NCBI GenBank assembly: GCA_050273025.1
Contig: CP158635.1
Coordinates: forward strand, 30,318,001 to 30,382,000
Origin: Cenococcum geophilum
Taxonomy: Eukaryota
DNA length: 64,000 bases
Direction: 5' to 3'
The notes beneath the pieces were generated by a model. The model was given only the letters and a program-made list of their open reading frames with translations. It did not search any database and had not been told where the DNA came from. The position numbers were made by a program, and so were the translations under genes. Positions 41,707 through 52,532 of the stretch are shown here, piece after piece (positions within the stretch are counted from its first letter, which is position 1; every line of letters starts with the position of its first letter).

Positions 41707-42254
41707 CTAGCAGCGTTAGCAGCACCCCTACCTACACCCCTACCTACACTACAACCTACACCACAACCTATACCACGATTTACGCCAGTTAATTATATCC
41801 GATATACGAACCTAACGTCTAAACTAGGCTAATAGAATTACCCTAACCAACAAGACTACTGTAGAGGATATTACCAATTATATTTACTTTAAAATTAATA
41901 AGTATACTAGCTATAACTTTAAGGATAAAACCCTATGGGATTTATACCAAGAGGACTTCGATAATTTTGAGGTATAAACATTTAAGGACGCTAATAGGTC
42001 TGTAATTAAAAGACTTAAATAACTGCTCCGACGTAATAGAGTATGGGTCTTTAATAAAAAGAGTAAGTTAGTACTACAAGCACTATATAACGTCGCTCAT
42101 AAGGACGACCATACGGAATGGTCAGATATAAAAATTTAGCTATATATTAATAGTAAAGGACCCTTTAATTTATATACTATCAACTATCGTCTTAAATTAC
42201 GCCCACTTGCCATTACCCCTAGGACACCTTAACCACCTGCTGTGTCTATACCCT

Positions 42255-42522
42255 AGCAAGCTCCGTCCACACAAGCTTCGTCCGCGCAATCTCCGTCTAC
42301 GCAAGCTCCGCCCACGTAAGCCCCATCTGCACAAGCCCCGTCCACGCAAGCTCCGTCTACACAAGCTCCGCCTACACAAGCTCCGTCCGCGCAAGCTCCG
42401 CCTACACAAGCCTCGTCCACACAAGCTCCGTCCGCGCAAGCTCCGCCTACGCAAGCTCCGTCTACAGAAGCTTTGCCTGCGCAAGCTCCGTCCGCACAAG
42501 CTCCGCCCGCGCAAGCTCCGCT
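42255..42522 (+). repeat. 15-bp GC-rich minisatellite GCAAGCTCCGYCYRC (~18 units; encodes QAPST/QAPPA-type pentapeptides)
   Basis: Read directly; explains three overlapping 5-aa-periodic ORFs in the track. Confidence 0.93.
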
Positions 42523-45500
42523 AGCTTTACTCTCCCCCTTAACTAAAGCTAAGGACCTACGGCAGCCAAGCTCGTACGAACCTCCGCAACCTACCCGGCA
42601 ATAGCGCAACTTAGCTCTAGCTGTCTTAAATGACCTTTCTACAGCCGAGCTCCCCTTACCTACGAACGTCACTGTCTGCTACCTCCCCTGCAGATCTGCT
42701 ACGTCGAAAATTACGTTAATAGCGCGCCCTAAATGCCAGCGTGCTTTCCCCCCCCCCTACGGCCTTTACAAGCTACGAATACTACATTAATAAAGTCTAT
42801 ATATTAGTGGTTTTACGCATAAAGAAAGAACTGCCAGTATTAGAATATATAGATAGAGTCTACCGACTAAACAATTGTACCGTTACGCCTACAGTCCGTC
42901 TAAGCTGGCACCGTACTGCTATATACTTCTCCTTTATACTTTCTTACCTTCTTTCCTTTTTATAAATGTCGCCAGTGTCTATACAAGTAAAGGTTACGTG
43001 GTTATGTCTCTAATTAGTCATCCTTACGGTGACTCATCAGCCCCCTATTTAGGCACCGCGATCCTTATAATCCTCTGTAAGAGACACAAATGAATCAAGA
43101 ACCAGTTACCATATATTGCAATTGCAGTACCCCCCTAGGTGATACCAACAAAAACAGACTCGTCTAATTATATACTAGGAGAAGTGTTATTGCAATATAA
43201 TAAAAACGGCGAGCTGTGCCTAGTAGCCTTTCTCTCTTAGAAACTTACCCCTACTAAATTAAACTATAAAATATAATAAGGAACTGCTTATAATTATTAG
43301 ATGCTTTAAATAATGGCGTCTAGAACTTAAAGGATTGTTATTCCTAATACGCGTATTAATGGACTATAAAAACCTATAGTACTTTATAACTATAAAGCAA
43401 TTAATATAATGCTAAATTTATTAGGCCGAATACCTCTTATAATTTAACTTTAAGATTATATACCGACCTAGTAAACTTAATTTGAAGCCTAATTTATTAA
43501 TATAATAATTATAGGACTTACCTATAAACGCCTCTAACAAACAGATTATAAATTAATTATAAATTCTACTACCTCCTAAACATTTTAAGAAACTACGCCC
43601 TATATTTTTAGACGCGGAGCTTAATAGAAATAAATTAGAAATTAATAAATTAATAGAATATAAATATAAGAATAACCCCTAGATAGCAGATATAATAAAA
43701 GCAATTTAAATAGGGAAACGGCAATATAAGGATATTATACTCACTAAATGCGAAATCCGTAATAATCGGTTATATTATTAATAGAAGATAGTAATCCCGA
43801 ATTTTAAACCCTTACAATTTAAAATACTCAAATTTATATATAATTCCCCTATAGTAGGGCATCTAGGCTATATAAAAATCTATAAGATTATCTAATAAGT
43901 ATATTATTAGCTTATAATATACAACTATATATAAAAATACATTTAAGTATATAGAATGTGCGTGCGTAGGAAGACCTCTTATATAAAGAAGTAAGGAGTA
44001 CTTTAACCGTTGCCAATTCTAATATAAAGATAGCGAGATATCTTAATTAACTTTATAGTTAACCTACCTAATAGTAATAGGTTTATAAATGTTATAGTAG
44101 TTATTAACTATCTTATAAAAATACGATATATAATTCCGATAGACTTAATTAATGCAATATTAGTAGCCGAATGTTTTATTAAGTACGTCTTTAAGCTATA
44201 CGGACTTCCTAATTTAATAATATCTAATTATAGAAGCTAGTTTATTTTAGACTTCTAATAAGCCCTATATAAATAATTAAGTATATAAATATAACTCTTA
44301 ACTATATTTTATCCGGAGATAAATAGTTAAACCGAAATTGTAAACGTGATTATAAAATAATACCTATAAATATACTACTCCTACCTATAAAATAACTGGG
44401 AAAAGTGGCTACCTTTAGCTAAGTTTACTGCGAATAATATAAGAAATAAATTAATAGGCGTAACGCCGTTCTACGCAACCTACAGATAAGACCCTTAACT
44501 TAGATTTAAACTATAACCTAAAATTAATATAATAGGACCTATAATTAAGAGGATTTAACTAATTAACGCGTATAACTTCGCTAATTAAATAAAGTAGTTA
44601 ATGGAACTATTATAAAGTAAATTAACGTACGCTTAAATAGTATATAAATAGTATATAAATAAAGGACGAGCTCCCGTATAGGACTTTAAGGAAGGTAATA
44701 TAGTTTACCTAAATATATAAAACCTAAAGACTTAATAACCCTTAAAGAAACTAAACTAGAAGTTTACGGGCCCGTACTAAATTAAGAAGAAACTAAGCCC
44801 ATACGCTTATAAGCTTAAACTACTAATTAGGATAAAAATATATCCAATATTTTATGTAAACTTATTATAACCCTTAAAAGGTAAACCTATAACTCGTAAA
44901 GTGCCACTACTACCTTCTATAATTATTAATAACGGTAACAGTTCTTACTTTATTAACTTAACTAATAATATATAATAGAAAACACAATTTAAATAATTTA
45001 AACTTTTTATTAAGTAGGAAGAATATAAAATATAAACCTAGGAAACCTATAACCAAATTAAGGCTAACGCGCCATTTTTAGTAAGAGAATTCTATAAGGA
45101 CTATCCTTTGCGGCCTACTCTAGCTAGATAAATATAATACAAAGGTAAATAATTACCGCCTAATATAAAAAATATAAAAAACGATAATAAGAACTTAAAA
45201 TATATTATAACGTTTATAATACGGTTATATAATACATAAGATATTAAGGAACTTTAACTAGCGGTTAAAGTTATCTAATTAGTTAGATTTGCCTTGCTAA
45301 GACCTACTATAAAGATATTAGTTTGGCTTACCGCCTTAACCAAGCTAATAGCGATTTTCTATACCAGGTATAGAAAATCCTAATTAGCCTACTTAACAAT
45401 TAAAACCGGTAAAACCCTATACTACTACTCGACGTAAAAATATAATACGCAATAAGTTATAAGTCTTAACTAAAATTAAATTATTTGGACCTTTAGCTAA

Positions 45501-45673
45501 AAGGGGGGTACTATAATGGGACTAGCCCAGTTACAATAGGAATATCTTAGTAAAACACTTAATAGATAAATTCTAATACTTTAGCCAAATTCTACTAGAT
45601 TAATTAAATTTTACTAAAGTCCGTTAAAGACCGCGTATATATATACGCACGCATCGACTACTAAGCCCTTAAC

Positions 45674-48600
45674 TATTACGGAGTAAGTATAAACGGCGAT
45701 AATATATAGCAAGGTAGATATTATTAAGCTATATATATAAACTGTATAAGAAGTCAAGACGTTATATAAGGAGAGAAGGCAGGAAAACGGAAAGAAAGGG
45801 TATATATCGTTAGTTTGGTTGCTTAGTTAACACATATATAGAGTAAAATAGGATTTAGGTAGTAGTCCTGGCAGAACTTAGCAGGATTTAGTAGAACTTG
45901 GCGGAATATAGCAGAATATAGCAGATTGCCATCAGATTGCCGCAAATTGTCGTCTTGTGGTTAGTCTTTAGTTGCTAAGTTGGTGGAAATAGGTAGACGT
46001 ATATAAGGTGTTACGGGGGTGTCCTATAACAGTACCCCCCTTTAAACTCAAGCTTCTGCGAGATAGGGCTGTAGTAGTTCTAGATGGAGTTTATATAAGT
46101 CCTATAGAGTTAATAAGTTCCTATAAGGGCTTAGTAAAGCCTCTCTATTTCGTAAGATATATATATTAACGTTTCCGTTTATTATACTTAATATCATTAA
46201 TTCTTTTAATAAAGTACTCGTTCTTACTATCTACTTTAACTAGTGGGGGAAGGTCTTATATCTGTTTAGGCAGGGCGTCTAATACGGGAGTAATAGGGTA
46301 GAGGACTAACGTGTGGAATATGGGATAGATTTTAACCGTATTAGGGAGCTTTAGTTAGTAGGCGTAGGAGGAGATAACCTTCTTAACCTTATAAGGGCCA
46401 GCGTTCTTCTAATTAAGCTTCTTAATAGGTTATTTCGTGTTTAGATTTCTTATATCTAGCTAAATAAAGTTATTAATTTAGTAAACTAGTACTAGGGTTT
46501 ATTTCTTATTTGCTGCGGCTTTATAAACAAATTAAGCCTATATTATTTCGTTAGTAAGGAACTGTTATAGTTCCTCTATCTTCTCTATAAATTTATTTAC
46601 TTTTATAACTTGTAAGGCGTAATAAGTAGGGCGAGGAACATTACTAAGGGGTTTAAAACCTATTTATAGATATTAGCCGTAGTTAGCTAGAAATGGGGAG
46701 ACCTTTATAGTTTCCGAGACGGAATTATTTATAGTAAACTTGGTAAATATAAGCCAGTTAATCTAGTTATCTTATAAGTACAACGTATATATCCGAATGT
46801 ACTATTCTATTATAGCGTTTATACATTCCGTTTAACCATCTATTTCTAGGTAGTATACCGTAGATAATAGTACTTTAATATAAAGTTAGGTAGTTAGTTC
46901 TTTTTAAAATATAGAGATAAACTGGCTACCTTTATTGGAGATAATTGTTTTAGGGAGTCTATAGAGTTTCTATACGTAATCCAGGAACAGTTAGGTAATG
47001 GTAGGTATTAATATATTAGGGTAGGCGATTAAATATCTTATCTTAAATAGTCGGTCTATAACTACTATAATATTTATACAGCCCTTACTTATAGGGAGGT
47101 CAATAACAAAGTTAATTAAGATATCCTTTTATCTTCAGTCCGGAACAGGTAGTAGCTTTAAAAGGCCGTTATATATCTTATGCGAAGCTTTAGCTCGTCA
47201 GCAGATATAACAGCTAGAGACGTACCTTTATATTATATTATACATATTCGGCTAGTAGTACTCTTATTAGAGTAGCTCTAGGGTTTTTCCTTAGCCTAGG
47301 TAGCTGGCTACTAGTAGGTTATATATATGTTTAAGGAGCTTAAGCTTAAGTTTATCGTAATTAGGGATAACTAGACGGTTTTAGTAATATAAGCGGTTTC
47401 TATAAGCTTTATATTTACTTAGAGAGATCTTCTTAGAGCGTTTAACGCTATCTTAAATTAGCTTAAGCGTCTCTTAAATGAACTCGTTATTTAGGTATTC
47501 ATTAGTTATAATCTATTTAATTAATTAATTAGTTATTTTAAGGACTTATACCGTAAGATCTTTAGTAGGAGGGTTAAACAGTTTGGGACAAAGTAGGGTC
47601 TAATTTTAGTAAAAACGTACCTCTTCTAGTGCTAGCGCGTCTTGCGAGTGTTAGGTTAGGGCATTAGGCTTTTAGCCTTAAACGCCTAGGCGGTATATAA
47701 TTAAGAATTAGAAATAAGATAGGTATTCTAACTATTAGGCCTAATAGTGGCTTAGCTGTTTCGTGGTTATAAAGTACTGTAGGTTCTTATAATCGCTAAG
47801 GACCTTAATTGGGAATCTAGCGCCTTCTAGTTTAGGTTGCTATTACTTAAAGTATCTAATAATAGCCAGTAATTCCTTATTGTAGATCTTATAGTTATAT
47901 TTAGCTAGGCTTAGTTATTTTAAGTAGTATACTATAGGGTGTAATACTCCCTCTTTATTATATTAAGATAGGATGCCTCTAGTAACGTAGTTGGATAAGT
48001 TAGCTTCTATAACACTTATTTGGTTTAGGTTAAAGTGTTAAAGTATAGGCGCGGTAGTAAATATAACCTTTAGATAAGTAAAGGCCTTCTTATATTCCTT
48101 ATTAAAGATAAAGGCTTTATTCTTTTAGGTTAAAGCTATAAGGGGTAAAACTAGGGCGGAGAAGTTATTAATAAACTATTAGTAGAAATTGGCAAATCCT
48201 ATAAAGGCTTTTACATCCTTAACGTTTTTAGGTTCTTACTAGTTTATAATTACTTTAATTTTCTTTAGGTCTATTTATATGCCATCTATAAAAATAAGAA
48301 GCCTAAGGTATAGGACTTCCGTCTTATAAAACTCGTATTTATTTATATCTAATTATAGACTAGCTCTATATAGGGCTTATAAAATAAGGTTAATATATTT
48401 CTAATATTCGGTTAGGTTATTACTATATATTAAAATATTATTAATATAAGCAGTATAGAAGATGTCTAGGTAGGGGCGTAGGGTGTTATTTATATAATGT
48501 TAAAACGAGCTTGGAGTATTTACGAGGCTGAATGGCGTTACTAAGTTTTTAAATAATCTATACTAAGTACGAAATGCAGTAAACTATTTATCTCCTTTTA

Positions 48601-51589
48601 CTATATAGGCGGTTAAATGCAGAGATAATATTAAGCTTTGTATAGTAGCAAGCCTTATTTAATTAGTTTAGTGTCTCCTATATTAACGGGATTGGGTATT
48701 AGTTCTTAACGGTAACAGCATTAAGAGCTCGGTAGTCTATATAGAAGTATAGTCCGCCGCCTAGTTTCTTAATAAAGATTACTAATACGGCTATAGGTAA
48801 AGAGCTTGCCCTAATAAATCCTTTACTTAGGTTCTTGTTTAGATACTTTATAGTACTTAAAGTTTATTTTAGGACATCCCGTATAAAAGTCCAAATCTAG
48901 GCTGCTTTCCTTCTTTTAGTATAATCTTATAGTCGTATAATCGGTGTTCTAGTAGCTTATTAGCTTCCTTTCGTAAGAATACCTCTAGGCGGTTATAGTA
49001 TTCTACTAGTACCTTTATAGTAGGGTCGGTGTGCTTTTTCGGTGCTAAGGCCTTCTTAATATTAGCTATAGTAACAGCGAAGATCGTATATTTGGGTTTC
49101 TTGGCGAGTTGTATTAGCGGGGTAGCTCCAATTATATAGATATTTAGGGTGTTAAGTAGGCTCTAGTTGTCTATAGTTTCTTATATAGTTCCTTGCTTAA
49201 TTTTAGGTTTAGTATTAGGTACGGAGTTAGTATTAGATTTAGGTTTAGGTTCTTTAAGTATGCTCTTTATAGTAGAGTACTAGTCCTTTTAGTATTTTTG
49301 TATAGTAAGCTTAAGCTTTTATTTAGCGCGGAGTAGTGTAGTACTTAGGGTCTATTTATGGGGTTTAGTAGAATTTTTAGATCCTTAATAGATATCAGTA
49401 GAATTCTTATATTAGTAGAATTTGGTGGAATTTCTAGGTTAGTAAAATCTAGTAGATTCCTTAGGCGCGGGGTAAACATTGGTAAAAATCTTAGGCTAAT
49501 GGATTTTAGTTTAGGGTCAGAGCGGCGAGTTATAAGGCACTTCTATTTATAATAAGGGGCGGTAAATAGAAGCTTAAGGTTGTTTTAATTAATGGTTATC
49601 TTATATAACTTTATCTAGGGTTATCTAAGGATTACTAGGTAACCTAGGGTGGTAATAAAAAGCCTAATTAGTTCTTTATGGTTTAGGTATTAGAGTCTTA
49701 GGTATACTATATAGGTAATTTAACCTAAGACCGTGCGTTTACTATTAAATCTAAATACGTTAATATGCTAGTTAAGGGGGGTTAGGGTAAAACCATTATC
49801 TTATATAAAGATCTTATTAATAAATCCTATACTACTAGATCCTGTATTAATTAGGACTTAAATATTAGCCTATTAATTGTTCTACTAAAGACAATAGTTA
49901 ACGGTTATACTACAATCCTAAGAGTTAGAGTTTGTGGTATCTAAAGTATTTAACGAGATCTTAAGGTAGAGCCGTCCCGGAGAGCGACTTAACTCTAAGA
50001 TATGCCTTTTAGTAGTGAGCGGGAAGGGGTTCCTATAGAACGTTGGTTATAGCTTTACCCTTATAAGTAGTGCTTACTAGACATAAGGCTAAAACTAGGT
50101 AAAGATTAGGGACGGTAACCAGAAGATTAATATAGTAAACGGCTGCTAGTATTAGCCGTTTGTAAATTGTTTTAGGACGTAGGTAAGGGGACGAGATAGT
50201 ATTTTAAGATATGGTCCTTACTTCCGCACTTAAAGCAGAGGCCTAGCTTAATGCGTCTTTCTTATTTAGGGGACCCTAGTAGGGCGTATTTTAGGGTTTT
50301 AGTGTTAATATCTATAACGTTGGGGTGCTTAGGCTAAGATAATAATTTAATAGACGTTTATAGGGTTGCCGTATTATATTAGGAGGCGGGCTTTAGTATT
50401 AGGCGTAGTATATTATTATACCATTTATTAATAACGTTTACGCAGGTATTAAGGGCTCCTAGTAGGTCTATACCTATTAAGGAGATTTTTAGTTTAGGGC
50501 TTAGGGATTTAATAAGGCTATTAACTAGTGCAGAGTTGTTCTAGCCAGTCTCCTTTGCATAATAATTAAATTCGGAGAAATATACTAGGAAACTTTTTGT
50601 TCCTTAAGCTATATAGTTTATCTTTCTTTAAGTGGTGGCCTGGCGGTTTGGGTTACCGTATATAGCTTTAAGAAGTATAACTAGGCTTTATACTAAGTTT
50701 GGTTAAAGGGGTTTAATAAGGTTAGCTGCCTCTCCTTCTAGTTAATTCAGGGCGTAACACAGTCGGTTAGCTTTAGTTAGGTAATAGTTAGCGTTACTAG
50801 TTAGCTTATTCTTAAGCTGGCTTAGAAATAATTAGAGCTCTTAACGTTTACTAGTAAACACTAAAGGGTTAGGTAGCCGTTTAGATCATTACGGTATAAT
50901 AGTTAGTTTAGGGTAGACAGCTGCTATAAGTTCGGGGCTTGCGTTCCGCGTGTTTATCTCTAAAGATAGTGTCCGGTCTTAAGGCCCTAATATAGGCATC
51001 TTAAGTATACGGATTTCTTCTTAGAGGTCCATAAATAATCGCTAATGTTATACTTCTTATTTAGTTTATTATTAATTTAAAGTGGCTTAGTTTTATATAA
51101 GGGCGTTTATAAAAGACTTCTATATCTCTACTAGTTATTCTTAGAGTGCGGATATAATACTAGCGGCCGTTACGGGGGCTTTAGGGTTGTTCTGTATTTT
51201 GGAGGTAGTATATAAGGTTAACGTAACGTAGTGTTACGGAGTAAGTATAAACGGCGATAATATATAGCAAGGTAGATATTATTAAGCTATATATATAAAC
51301 TGTATAAGAAGTTAAGACGTTATATAAGGAGAGAAGGCAGGAAAACGGGAAGAAAGGGTATATATTGTTAGCTTAGTTGCTTAATCAACACGTACACGGA
51401 GTAGAATAGGATTTAGGTAGTAGTCCTGGCAGAACTTAGTAGGATTTAGTGGAACTTGGCGGAATATAGTAGAATATAGCAGATTGCTGTCAGATTGCCG
51501 CAAATTGTCGTCTCGTGGTCAGTCTTTAGTTGCTAAGTTGGTGGAAATAGGTGGATGTGTATAAGGTGTTACGGGGGTGTCCCGTGACA
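45674..51589 (-). mobile_element. Gypsy chromovirus Y3 inserted in the 3' LTR of X
   Basis: 358-bp LTRs 45674-46031 and 51232-51589; TSD TTAAC/CTAAC (empty site CTAAC in the X 5' LTR); pol colinear with Y1/Y2. Confidence 0.95.
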
Positions 51590-52171
51590 CTAACTATTTA
51601 ATTATATAATTCTCTTGTTATTCCCTTCTCTTCTTTACGTAATGTCTTGTTCTTAGCGAGAGCTATATACTCTTAGATTTAGATAGAATTTATATTATTC
51701 CTTCAAATCTTCCCTAAAGTCTCTTCGCGCCCTTATAAGAAGAAAAAACTACTAAAAAAAGGACTTGTTAGGCTTTTACTAGCAGAAAAGCCCTAAAGGC
51801 AATCCTCCTCCTCTTTAGAGAAAATCTAACTAAAAGAGATATAGAAAAGTACCTACACCCCCTATTTTATTAGGCATTTACTTTCTATAGAAGAAAACCC
51901 TAGGAAAAGTCTATGTTTAATAGTTTTAGTATTCCTACCCCTGCCTCGCTTATAAGCTAGGACCACCCTTAAAAGAATTTTCTCTTCGGATAAAAGGGGT
52001 AAAAAGGCAAATAAATCCACCTCTAACTTAGTAAGTAGTAGGAATTGGGTCTTAAGAGTTAGAAAATCAATTGTTTTTAACAGTAAGATGGGTATGCGTA
52101 AGTTTGGAAGTGCGGCGCTACCTTTTAGTAAGGTTGTATGTGTGGTAAAAGGTTTACATATATATATAAAG

Positions 52172-52532
52172 GCTTTATATAGAGCTTTATATAGAGCTTT
52201 GTCTAAAGCCTTATATAGAGCTTTATATAGAGCTTTATCTAAAGCCTTATATAGAGCCTTATCTAGAGCTTTATATAGAGCTTTATATAGAGCTTTATAT
52301 AGAGCTCCGTATAGAGCCTTGTATAAAGCTCTGTATAAAGCCTTATACAAAGCTCCGTATAGAGCCTCGTGTAAAGCTTTATATAGAGCTTTATACAAAG
52401 CTTTATGTAGAGCCTTATATAGAGCATTTATATATAGAGCTTTGTATAGAGCCTTATATAAAGCCTTGTGCAAAGCTTTATATAAAGCCTTATATAGAGC
52501 CTTTATACGCAAAGCTTTATACAGAGCTTTTA
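52172..52532. repeat. 12-bp minisatellite AGAGCTTTATAT (~30 units)
   Basis: Read directly; produces the KALY/RALY ORFs in the track. Confidence 0.93.

Larger units (their letters stand above)
41120..43150 (+). mobile_element. 2031-bp non-autonomous LTR element (TRIM-like; gag fragment, no pol)
   Basis: 175-bp near-identical LTRs 41120-41294 and 42976-43150; perfect TSD AAAAC at 41115-19 and 43151-55. Interrupts X at the start of RNase H. Internal relic TLW...QEDFDNF...LLRRN(G)VWV ~41930-42050 resembles fungal Copia-type gag N-termini (recognised from memory). Confidence 0.9.
36083..51737 (+). mobile_element. Gypsy chromovirus X inserted in the half-LINE 5' UTR, carrying three insertions
   Basis: TSD AGAAG at 36078-82 and 51738-42; 5' LTR 36083-38155 (split by Fot1); 3' LTR 45512-51737 (split by Y3); PPT AAAAGGGGGG ~45499-45508; YI(DD)ILIY ~40674-40697; integrase ~44030-44870; chromodomain ~44930-45120. 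Confidence 0.94.
34084..52155 (-). mobile_element. ORF1-only LINE derivative (~2.4 kb native: 34084-36082 + 51743-52155), related to the LINE at 3338-9850
   Basis: (TTTTA)n tail at 34084; 3' UTR matches 9500-9830; 5' UTR matches 3338-4025; ORF1 ATG 35841 to ~34436. Candidate TSD GCGCATATAC (34074-83) / ACATATATAT (52156-65) differs only by RIP-type transitions. Confidence 0.9.

Noticed and set aside
42197..42672. Arg/Lys-rich (protamine-like) and Gly/Cys-rich ORFs
   Set aside because: Alternative frames of the 15-bp minisatellite in the mini-LTR element.
23853..49900. Large inverted segmental duplication (Y1/Y3 versus Y2)
   Set aside because: Each copy has its own LTR pair and TSD, so these are independent insertions.
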